A stretch of DNA of 64,000 nt from Scyliorhinus canicula (lineage: Eukaryota), in assembly GCF_902713615.1 (NCBI RefSeq), contig NC_052158.1, forward strand, positions 32,281,990 through 32,345,989, in the 5' to 3' direction. The position numbers and the translations under genes are program-made. Below are positions 12,301-24,300 of this stretch, one piece after another (position 1 is the stretch's first letter; every line of letters begins with the position of its first letter). The notes under the pieces are model-generated. The model was not told the DNA's origin and ran no database searches. It was given only the letters and a program-made list of their open reading frames with translations.

Positions 12301-15300
12301 GCCCAAGTAAATACTCTGCACACGTTAAACCTGCAGCCGATGTGCCAGAATAAGTCACTTTGTGCCGATCTATGCTCACTGAAACAGGCCAGCAGCTCAA
12401 GAGCATTGACGTAGGAAACCGACATGCTGGACCTACAGGAGCACTTGGAATTAACATGGTGAAGACAGTGGATGAGTGGACCACGCCGCTCAACATCAAC
12501 GGCACAATAATACAGGTAATGCTCGATACAGGGGCTCAAGCAAGTCTAATTAACAAAGCCGATTGCTAAAAGCCAATCACCAAAAAAAACCAAATGCATC
12601 CTCGGTGTCTATAGCGGACAGCGTATAGTGACTCTAGATGTGTGTCACCTGATGTTAACAGTTAAAGGCAAAGAACACATGATCGGATTCATAATAGTGC
12701 AGTCGGCAAGAAAGTCGCTACTGGACACAGAGGCCTGCGAGCAGTTACAGTGAGTGCAGCATGTCCACAGGGTAATGGAGCAGCCGCATGACGCCAGCAT
12801 CGACCAAATTCTCAGTCACTTTCTGGAGGTGTTCCAGGGAATCGAGGTGCTGCCATCACAATACAAAATTCAGCTGCAGGATGATGCCCAGTGATCTATC
12901 CGCCGAGACGAGTACCTGCACCACTTCGAGAACGCCTTAAGACCGAAGTGGACAAGACTCTATCAGATCCCCAAAAAAGAGGAGGTGACCTGCAAAGTGA
13001 AAAATGCCACAGCATTCAGCTAACTGGATGCATCCAAGGGCTTCTGGCAGCTGAGACTGGACAAGGACAGCACACGTCGTACACTTTCGACACAAGGTTT
13101 GGGCAATATATTTTCCTCAGAATGACGTTTGGTTTTGTTACAGCTGGGGGTGGGGGGGGGGGGGGGGTGTTGGTTATATTGTTTGTTCTTGTTGACATCT
13201 GATGTTTAAAAATAGTTAAAATTATAAAAGCCTCAATAAAACATTTTCTAAAAAAATAGAATTCTGTTTGGCGTCATCTCAGCGTCTGAAACCTTCCACC
13301 ATGGAGCATAGAGTAGATAACCTGCCTGGAGTTCGGGTGTATGTCACTGACATTATCATCTGGACATCAAACTTAGCGGAACAAAATGAGTAACTATGTC
13401 TCAGTACAGGCTCAAACGCAACAGGGGGAAGCGCCAATTCGATGACGGGGAATGCGGCCTGATCCAGAGAAACTCTGAGCCATCATCAGCATGCCTTGTC
13501 CGCTGGACAAAAATGCAATGCTACATCTGCTGGGAATGATAATCTTTGTCGGAAAATGTATCCCAACTAAGCCTCGAAGACCGTAAACTTAAGGAACCTA
13601 ATCAGGGAAACTGTTCCTTTTCAATGGACAGTCAGCCATGAAACTGAGTGGGCCAACCTAAAACAGGCATTGACCACTGCACCAGTGTTGGCGTTCTTCG
13701 ACCCAACAAAAAAAGGAAGATATGAACCATCGTCAGGCAGAATGGGCTAGGAGCAGTCCTATTACAGGAGAACGTTGACAGGATCTGGCAAACAGTGGCG
13801 TCTGCATCCAGGGAAATGACGGAGCTCCCAGCAAAGGTATGCCCAAGTAGAAAAGGAATGTCTTGGGCTGGTGGAGGGCATTGAGAAATTCCATACTATG
13901 TCTTCGGTCTACCAACGTTTAAGGTGGAGACCGATCATCGACCACTGGTCTTCATAATTCGGAGGAACCATTGTGAGATGTCACCTCGCATCCAGAGACT
14001 AATTATGAAGCTACAGAGATATAACTTCAACCTTGTGTACTTGCCGGGCAAATATGTTGTGGTGGCGGGCGCCCTGTCCAGAGCCACAAACAACAAGGAA
14101 CGTCTAGACAAGGCCAAAATCGTACAGGGACAGGTCGATCTGAGCGTGGAAACGCTGCCAGTATCAGATACCAAGTTCGAACTGATAAAGGCTGAGGCAT
14201 TGAAAGATGTGACCTTGGAGAAAGTAATCCACCACATGCAACATGGATGGCCCACCAATGCATGTTCCAAATTCTGGTACGTCATGCATGAGCTAAGCCA
14301 CACCAATGGCTTTCTGCTTTGAAAAACAAGAATTGTTATTCCACATTCCATACACAACATGATCCTCGTCCAGATCCACAAATGGCACCTGGGGATCGAG
14401 AAATGAAAGAGATGGGAAGGGAGTCGGGTACTGGCCAGGCATCGACCAAGACATACAACGCACAATGGAGCACTGCCAGAGGTACCAGAATAGTCAACAA
14501 AAACAACCAATGACGGAAAGTGAGTCAGACAACAAGCCATGGCTGAAGGTCGGGGTTGATCTGCTCTAAATGAACGTCAATGAATACATGGTAATGGTAG
14601 ACTACTACTCCAACTACCCGGCGGTAATGATGCTACCAAGCTCCAGCACTGCCAGCGCCATCAGGGCTGCAAAAGAGATCTTTGCTCGGATGGTGTACTG
14701 TAAACCAGGGGTGGGCAAACTACGGCCCGCGGGCCGCATGCGGCCCGACAAAGGTTTTTATGCGGCCCGCCAATGAGGTGCCCGGAATCATTTTTTTTTA
14801 ATATAATTTTTATTGGAATTTTTTACAGAAAATATAAAACATAACGAGAAACAATGAAATGCAACAAAATAACCAATAATAGCTGTACCACCCCCAGACC
14901 GTATCGACGCATGTATCCCATCCCCCACTGCCCCAACCCCAATGAACAACAAAAGAACTTAAAAATTAATTTAATTGAAATAAACAAACATAGTCATCGT
15001 CCGCCCCCCCCCACCCACCTTTTCCCTCCCCCCACCTTTTCCCTCCCCCCACCTTTTCCCTCCCCCCACCTTTTCCCTCCCCCCACCTTTTCCCTCCCCC
15101 CACCTTTTCCCTCCCCCCACCTTTTCCCTCCCCCCCGGGTTGCTGCTGCTACTGTCCCCGTACCCTATCGTTGAGCCAGAAAGTCGAGAAAAGGTTGCCA
15201 CCGCCTGAAGAACCCTGGTACCGACCCTCTCTGGGCGAATTTGACCTTCTCTAGCTTAATGAAACCCGCCATGTCATTGATCCAGGTCTCCACGCTTGGG

Positions 15301-18300
15301 GGCCTCGCATCCTTCCATTGTAGCAAGATCCTTCGCCGGGCTACTAGGGACGCAAAGGCCAGCACACCGGCCTCTTTTGCCTCCTGCACTCCCGGCTCCA
15401 CCCCAACCCCAAAAAGCGCGAGTCCCCATCCTGGCTTGACCCTGGATCCCACCACTCTCGACACCGTCCTCGCCACCCCCTTCCACAACTCCTCCAGCGC
15501 CGGGCATGCCCAGAACATATGGGCATGGTTCGCTGGACTCCCCGAGCACCTGACACACCTATCTTCACCCTCAAAGAACCTACTCATCCTCGTCCCAGTC
15601 ATGTGGGCCCGGTGCGGCACCTTGAATTGGATGAGGCTAAGCCGCGCACACGAGGAGGAAGAATTAACCCTCTCCAGGGCATCAGCCCATGTCCCGTCTT
15701 CGATCTGTTCCCCCAGTTCCCTCTCCCACTTAGCTTTCAGCTCCTCTACTGACGCCTCCTCCGCCTCCTGCATAACCTTGTAGATATCAGATATCTTCCC
15801 CTCCGACCCAGACCCCCGAAAGCACCCTGTCGCTCACCCCCCACGCGGGAAGCGAAGGGAATCTCTCCACCTGCCGCCTAGCAAATGCCTTTACCTGCAG
15901 ATACCTGAACATGATCCCCGGGGGGTGCCCAAATTTCTCCAACTCCCCAGGATCGCAAACCTCCCATCAATAAACATGTCCCTCAGCTGTCTGATGCCCG
16001 CTCTGTACCAACCCTGAAATCCCCCATCAATGTTCCCCGGTACGAACCTATGGTTCCCCCTTAACGGAGCCTCCATCGAGCCCCCCACCTCCCCTATGTC
16101 GCCTCCACTGCCCCCAAATCTTGAGGGTAGCCGCCACCACCGGACCCGTGGTATACCTTGTAGGAGGGAGTGGCCACGGCGCCGTTACCAGGGCCCCCAG
16201 GCTTGTATCTCCACAGGACGCCCTCTCCATCTGTTTCCATGCTGCCCCCTCCCCCTCCATTACCCACTTGTGCACCATCGACACATTGGCCGCCCAATAA
16301 TACCCCGAGAGATTGGGTAACGCCAGCCCCCCCCCATCTCTACCCCGCTCCAAGAAGACCCTCTTCACCCTCGCGGTCCCATGCGCCCAAACAAAGCTCA
16401 TGATGCTGCTAGTAACCCTTCTAAAAAAGGCCCTCGGGATAAAGATGGGCAAACACTGAAAAAGGAACAAGAACCTCGGGAGAACTGTCATTTTGACGGA
16501 CTGCACTCTACCCGCCAACGATAGCGGCACCATGTCCCACCTTTTAAATTCCTCCTCCATCTGTTCCACCAGCCTGGTAAAGTTAAGCTTATGGAGAGTC
16601 CCCCAACTCCTGGCCACCTGCACCACCAGGTATCTGGGGCCGAGAAGCCCCCAAATTCCGCTAACAGCTCCATCACCCCCGGCATTCCCCCTTCTGGATC
16701 CGCCACATATAACAGCAGGTCGTCCGCATACAGCGATACACGATGTTCCTCCCCACCCCACACCAGACCCCTCCATCTCCCTGACTCCCTCAACGCCATA
16801 GCCAAAGGTTCAATCGCCAGTGCAAAGAGCAAGGGGGACAGGGGGCACCCCTGCCTGGTCCCACGGTAGAGCCTGAAGTACTCCGATCTTCCATTGGTAA
16901 CTACACTTGCCATCGGAGCCGCGTAGAGCAGCCTCACCCATTTGATGAATCCCTCCCCGAATCCGAACCGCTCCTGCACCTCCCACAGGTACCCCCACTC
17001 AACTCTATCAAACGCATTCTCCGCATCCAGCGCCACCACTATCTCCGCCTCCCCCTCCACTGCCGGCATCATAATAACATTTAGCAGTCTCCGCACATTC
17101 GTGTTGAGCTGCCGTCCCTTGACAAATCCTGTCTGATCCTCGTGTATCACCCCGGCACACAGTCCTCTATCCTGGTGGCCAGGATCTTCGCCAGCAACTT
17201 AGCGTCAACATTGAGGAGCGAGATAGGCCTGTATGATCCACACTGCAAGGGGTCCTTATCCCGCTTTAGGATCAGAGAGATCAGTGCCCGCGACATCGTT
17301 GGGGGAAAAGCCCCCCCCCTCCCATGCCTCATTGAAGGCTAGCACCAACAGGGGGCCCAACAGATCCACATACTTTTTATAAAATTCCACCGGGAACCCG
17401 TCCGGCCCCGGCGCCTTACCTGACTGCATTTGTCCAATCCCCCTGACTCGCTCCTCCAACTCTATCGGCGCCCCCAGCCCCTCTACCAGCTCCTCTTGAA
17501 CCCTTGGGAACCATAGCCTGTTCATGAAGCTCTCCATCCCCCCTCTCCCCATCGGAGGTTCTGACCGGTACAGTTCCTCGTAGAAGTCCCTAAAGACCCC
17601 ATTTACTTCTGTCCCCTTCTGCACTACATTCCCACCCCATCAGTCACTCCACCAATTCCCCTAGCCGCATCTTGCCTGCGGAGCTGATGCGCCAACATCC
17701 TGCTCGCCTTCTCCCCAAACTCATACCGTGCCCTGCGACCTCCTCCACTGTGTCTCCGCCTTTCTGGTGGTCAACAAGTCAAATTTGGCCTGGAAACTAC
17801 GCCGTTCCCCCAGCAACCCCTCCTCCGGTGCCTCCGCGTATCTCCTGTCCACATCCAGGAGCTCCCCCACCAGTCTCTCCCTCTCCTTCCTCTCCCTCCT
17901 TTCCCTATGGGCCCGGATGGAGATCAGCTCCCCCCGGATCACTGCTTTCAGAGCCTCCCAGACCATCCCCACCCGGACCTCCCCCATGTCGTTGGTATCA
18001 AGATACCCCTCAATACTTCCCCGGACCCTCCTACACACCTCCTCATCAGCCAGCAGCCCCACATCCAGGCGCCAGAGCGGGCGCTGGTCCCACGCCTCCC
18101 CCATCTCCAGATCAACCCAGTGCGGAGCATGGTCTGAAATCGCTATGGCCGAATACTCTGCATCCTGCACCTTCGGGATCAATCCCCTGCTCAGGATGAA
18201 AAACTCTATTCGGGAATAGACCCTATGGACATGGGAGAAAAAGGAATAATCCCGCGCTCTCGGTCTCCCAAACCTCCAGGGATCCACCCCTCCCATCTGG

Positions 18301-21300
18301 TCCATAAACCCCCTCAGCACTGGCCGCCACCGGTCTCCTACCCGTCCTTGAACTGGACCGGTCCAGTGGGGGATCCAGCACTGTGTTAAAGTCTCCCCCC
18401 ATGATCAGGCCCCCTGCCTCCACGTCCGGAATGCGGCCCAACAAGCGCTTCATGAAGCCGGCATCATCCCAATTCGGGGCATATACATTAACCAGCACCA
18501 CCTTCTCTCCCTGCAGCCTACCCTTCACCATAATATATCTGCCCTCCTTGTCCGACACCACCTCAAACGCCACCCTCTTCCCCACCAGAATCGCCACCCC
18601 CCGGTTCTTCGCGTCCAATCCTGAGTGAAAAACCTGCCCCACCCACCCCTTCCTCAGACGAACCTGGTCCGCCACCTTCAAGTGGGTCCCCTGGAGCATA
18701 GCCACGTCCGCCTTCAGCCCCTTCAGATGAGAAAATACCCTAGTTCTCTTAACCGGCCCATTCAGCCCCCTCACGTTCCAAGTAATCAGCCGAATCAGAG
18801 GGCATCCTGCCCCTCTCCTCCGCCGGCTAGCCATAGCTTATCGACTGCTCGCCCCAGGCCAGCTCGCCGCGCCTGACCAGTTCCCCATGGCGATAACGCC
18901 TCTCCTCTACCCCCCCGGCCCACGCCAGCTCCTTCCTAGCCAGAGGTGCCCGGAATCATAACCGGCATTTTTGAAAAGCCGCCGGGGAAAAGCCACTGAA
19001 GTAAATGCGCTTATTCAATAAGCGCATTTACTTTAGCGGCTTTTCCCCGGTGGCTTTTCAAAAATGCCGGTTATGATTCCGGGCACCTCATTGGCGGGCC
19101 GCATAAAAACGCGCGTAGTGGGGTGGATGAGTGGGGCTGTCTCATTGGTCGGTTTAGTTGGGTGTGCGACCAATAGGAGTCCAGGTTACAAACGATAAGC
19201 CTTGTTATTGTTTGTAACCTGGACTCCTATTGGTCGCACACCCAACTAAACCGACCAATAAGGCAGCCCCACTCATCCACCCCACTACGTGCGTTTTTAT
19301 CGTTGACTCGGCTAGGCTGTGCTTCTGTCAGTGTTAAGGATCAGCACAAGCAACTTGACACCTGATTTCAACAAACTGGTAAATGACTGCAGTCAGATGC
19401 ATCATTCTCATTGACATTGTTCTGTTACTGAGGTACTTTGTTTTTCAAATAAATGTGCTTTTTTTTCTTTAAAGACCTTTTATTTTGGCTATTTAAAATA
19501 TTAATTATTTTACTTAATATACTATGCGGCCCTTTAAAATTGTGAATTTCTGAATGTAGCCCTTGCACGGAAAAGTTTGCCCACCCCTGCTGTAAACGGT
19601 CATGAGCCACAACGGTTCCTGCTTTGCCAGCTGGGAATGGCAGCAGAACACAAAGAAATGTGACTTCAAGGTCGTGACCTCTAGCCCGCACTACCCTCAA
19701 TCAAATGGGCAGGTAGAGAAAGGGGTCCACATTGTCAAAACCCTGCTTAGAAAGGCTATGGCATTACACAGTGACCCGACCTAGGTCTGTTGGCACACCG
19801 CACCACGCCACTGAGTTGTGGATTGGTTCCAGCCCAATTACTCATGGGGAGGAGACTGTGGACAACACTCCCCACCATGCTGGAAAAAGTCGACGAGCCA
19901 ATTGTGCAGAGAATCGCGGCACAAAAACAAAAACAGGTTCAGTATTACAGCCGATCCAGCAAGATGTTGGACGGCTTGGGACCGGACGACATTGTCAGGT
20001 TGCAGACAGCACAAGGATGGTCCAACACTGCAAGGTCATGAGACAGGCAGGTCCCCAATCATTTGTCATCCTCACGGATCAAGGATCCATACTGAGATGG
20101 AATCGGAAGGCATTGATGCAGCCATTCACCATACAGCCCAGGCTGGACGAAGGGGTTGCTCATCCTCGCATGCCTGAGCCTGAGCACGCTACCAAAGAAG
20201 GGCCAGCAACAGCGACAAATACTGAGCAAGTGAGGCTACCCGACCTCAACACAAGCACTATGAAGGTCCACAAGGGTTCGAGGGCGACCTGACAGACTGG
20301 ATCTGTGAACAGTACTGGACTTTTTAAAACACTGGACCCTATTGGAAAAAAAAGAAAACATTTGCATGCCTTCAATTTGACCCATTTAAAATTTTTATAT
20401 CTGTAAATAGCTCATATGTGCATGTCAATGATTTAAGGATCATTTTGAAAAACAGAAGGTGATGATATGTGAACTATCATCTATGTATATAATATAATAA
20501 CCAAATTGTATGCAAACATAAGTGCCTGTATGTATAGATTAGTATTCGAGCATCCGACCACAGGTGGCGTGACGACAGGAGAAGGTTACAGGAAGCCATC
20601 CACATCGAGAGACAGGATGTATTCTAGCATCCAGTCACAGATCGAGCAGCTCCTGAGCACCAACTACAAAGTCCTCGCCCTCCATCCATGCAGAAAACAT
20701 TACAACTGGATCCTGTCCCTCCTGTGATTTCCAAGAATACACCAGGCCATGTCCCTCCTGTGATATGCCAGGATACATCATCTCCATCCCCTCCTGTTAT
20801 ATCCCAGGAAACACCGGCCCTGTGCCCCTTGTAATATCCTAACATACATTGGGTTCTGTCGTACTGCAATATATCAGAATACTCCTGACCTACTATACTG
20901 TCCAAAGCTACATCAGATACTGGTCGTACCATAATATTACTGGATACATTGGATCCCACCACCCTGAAATATCCCAGGATACTCGGCCATGTTGCACTGT
21001 AATGCCCCAGGATAAACCAGGCCCTGTCTTACCGTAATATCCCAGGCTACACTGGGCCCTGTCATACTGTGGCGCGAACAATTACACTCAAAGATGAGAG
21101 ACAAGGACAATAGAGACTTTATTGCTGCAAGATGCTATTCCTCCATCTGCAACTATAGATTAGGGTCTGAGTGACTCACACGCATATTTATGCACAAGCT
21201 CCCTGTGGACGGAGCTAGCCGGCAGGGGCTTACCGGAGGAACCTGTATTACAGGTACAGGCATACATCCTCCTACTGCAAGTACACATCACTACAGTGGT

Positions 21301-24300
21301 TATATCACCACACATACGGAAATATCCCAAGATACACAGGCCATCTTGTACTGTAATACCCCAGGATAAACCAGGCTCTGTCCTCCCGTTATATCCCAGG
21401 ACACTGGGCCCTGACCCTTCTGGCATATCACAGGAAACACTGGCCTTGTCCCTCCTGTAATATCCCAGCATACACCGGGCCCTGACCATCTGGAGTAAAA
21501 TATTGTCGTATTGAAATATCCCAGGATACACTGGGCCATGTTATACTGTATTTTCTCAAGTTACACTGGGTCACTGTCTGTGTGGAGTCTGTACATCCTC
21601 CCCGTGCCTGCGTGGGTTTCCTCCGTATGCTCAGGTTTCCTCCCATAAATCCCGAAAGACGTGCTGTTATGTAATTTGGACATTCTGAATTCTCCCGCCG
21701 TGTACCCGAACAGGCACCAGAATGTGGTGATGAGGGGCTTTTCACAGTAACTGCATTGCAGTGTTAATGTACTTATGACAATAAAGATTATTATTGTTAC
21801 TGTAATATCATAGGATACACTGGGCCCTGTCGTACCCAAAATACACCAGGACATGTCGCACTGCAATATCCCAGGATATTCTGAGCCCTGTCATACTGTA
21901 ATATCCCAGGATAGTGTGGGCCCTGTCATACTGTAATATCCCAGGATACTCTGAGCCCTGTCATACTGTAATATCCAAGGATAGTGTGGGCCCTGTCATA
22001 CTGTAATATTCCAGGATAGTGTGGGCCCTGTCATACTGTAATATCCCAGGATAGTGTGGGCCCTGTCATACTGTAATATCCCAGGATACACTGGGCTCTG
22101 TCATACTGTAATATCCCAGGATAGTGTGGGCCCTGTCATACTGTAATATCCCAGGATACACTGGGCTCTGTCATATTCTAACATCTCAGGATACACTGAG
22201 CTGTCTTACTGTAATGTCCCAGTATATATTGGACCCTGTTGCACTGTAATATCCCAGTAAGCACTGGGTGGTGTTGTATTGTAATAGCCCAGGATACACC
22301 GGGCATGTTCTACTGTAATATCCCAGGATACACCAGGCCCTGGTTCTCCTATAATATCCCAAGGTGCTCTGGACCCTGTCACACGCATATCTCAGGGTAC
22401 ACCGGCATGAGCTGGGATACACCAAACCTTGCCCTTCTAATAATAATAATCATCACTTATTATCACAAGTAGGCTTCAATGAAGTTACTGTGAAAAGCCC
22501 CTAGTCGCCACATTTCAGCCCCCCTCTCGCAATATCCCAGGATACATCCCAGGAAACTACAAAAGGTCATGAATGTAGCACAATCCATCACAGAAACCAG
22601 CCTCCCATCCATTGACTGTCTACAATTCCCGCTGCCTCGGAAAGGCAACCAGCATAATTAAGGACCCCATGCACCCCGAGCATACGCTCTTCCACTTCAT
22701 CTGTCAGGAAAAATATACAAAAGTTTGAGGTCACGCACCAACTGACTGAAGAACAGCTTCTTCCCTACTGTCATCAGGCTTTTGAATGGACCTACTTCGC
22801 ATTAAGTTGATCTTTTCTCTGCACCCAAGCTATGACTGTAACTCTGCTGTCCCTCCTTCTTTCCCTATGTACAGTATGTGTTATCTGTACAGCATACAAT
22901 AAACTATACTTTTCACTATATACTAATACATGTGACAATAATAAATCAAATCAAATAAGGAAACACCAGGCATTGTCCATCCAGCAAAATCCCAGATACA
23001 CCAGACACGGTCCATCCTGCAACATACCAGGTTACATCAGACCCTGTCGTACTGTAATATCACTGGACATACCAGGCCTGTCCCTCTGTAGTATCCCAGG
23101 ATACTCTAGGCCCTGTCCCTCCTATAATACCCCAGGGTACTCCAGATACTGTCACACTAATATCACAAGGTACACTGTCCCTAGAGGATACACCAGGCAC
23201 CGCCATTTCAGCAATATCCCAGACACACCAGCTACTATACCTCCTACCATACTCCAGCACACACCAGGCACTATTCCTCCTTCAATATTCTAGATTACAT
23301 CAGGCCCTGTCACACAGCAATATCCCAGGATATACCGGGACAATTTGTGCAGTAATTTGCCAGGATACACTGGATCCTGTCATACTGTAACATTCCAGGA
23401 TTCAATGGGCCCTGTACATCTTATAATATCCCAGGATTCCATGGGCACTGTCATGCTGTAATATCCAAAAATACCCAGGCCCTGATCTGCTATAATGCAC
23501 AAAGATACACCAGATACTGTCCTACTCTAATATCTCATGATACATTGGATCCTCTCCACCTGTAATATCCCAGGACACACTGGGCCCTGTTATACCGTAA
23601 TGCCCCAGGATAAACCAGGCTCAGTCCTACCGTAATATCCCATGAAACTGAATCCTGTTGCACTGCAATACTCCAGTATTGCCCTGTCCCTGCTTTTATA
23701 TCCCAGAATACACTGGGCCCTTTCATACTATAATATGACAGGATACAACAGGCTCTATCATTCTTCCAATGTCCCAGGATACACCGGGCCCTGTCCCAGC
23801 TGTTATATCACTCAGCTAAATCGCTGGCTTTTAAAGCAGACCAAGCAGGCCAGCAGCACGGTTCGATTCCCGTAACAGCCTCCCCGGACAGGCGCCGGAA
23901 TGTGGTGACTAGGGGCTTTTCACAGTAACTTAATTGAAGCCTACTCGTGACAATAAGCGATTTTCATTTTCATTTCATTTTTAATACACTGGCCCCTGTC
24001 ATACGATAATATGACAGGATATAACAGGCTCTATCATTCTTCCAATGTCCCAGGATACACCGGGTCCTGTCCCTGCTGTAATACCCCAGCCTACACCAGG
24101 CCCTGACCACCTGGGTGTCATGTCAGAAACATGGAGGAAAAGATTGTATTTATTATGGTTATGCCCTGAACACTCCTTTTTTCCTTATCCCCTGTTTATT
24201 GTGAGATTGAAAAAAGGTAGATGTTGTGAAATCCCTCGTGGTTCTATTTTCACCTTGCCCAGAATTTGCGCTGCAGTTATTCATAGAGGATTGGAACACA

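Larger units (their letters stand above)
14706..19589. mobile_element. Non-autonomous hAT transposon (~700 bp when empty) inserted in the Gypsy integrase
   Basis: Perfect 16-bp TIR CAGGGGTGGGCAAACT; perfect 8-bp TSD CTGTAAAC (14698-14705 and 19590-19597). Confidence 0.93.
11870..20704 (+). mobile_element. Degenerate Ty3/Gypsy LTR retrotransposon (gag-PR-RT-RH-IN plus 3' LTR), 5' LTR missing
   Basis: Protease VMLDTGAQAS; RT remnants; RNase H ETDHRPLV..SPRIQR; integrase VDYYSNYP|..TSSPHYPQSNGQVEKGV; purine tract then TGATATG...CATTACA LTR at about 20463-20704; frameshifted. Confidence 0.88.

Noticed and set aside
15241-18219. Long + strand ORFs opposite L1 ORF2 (also 34625-35995)
   Set aside because: Antisense shadows of GC-rich L1 coding sequence.
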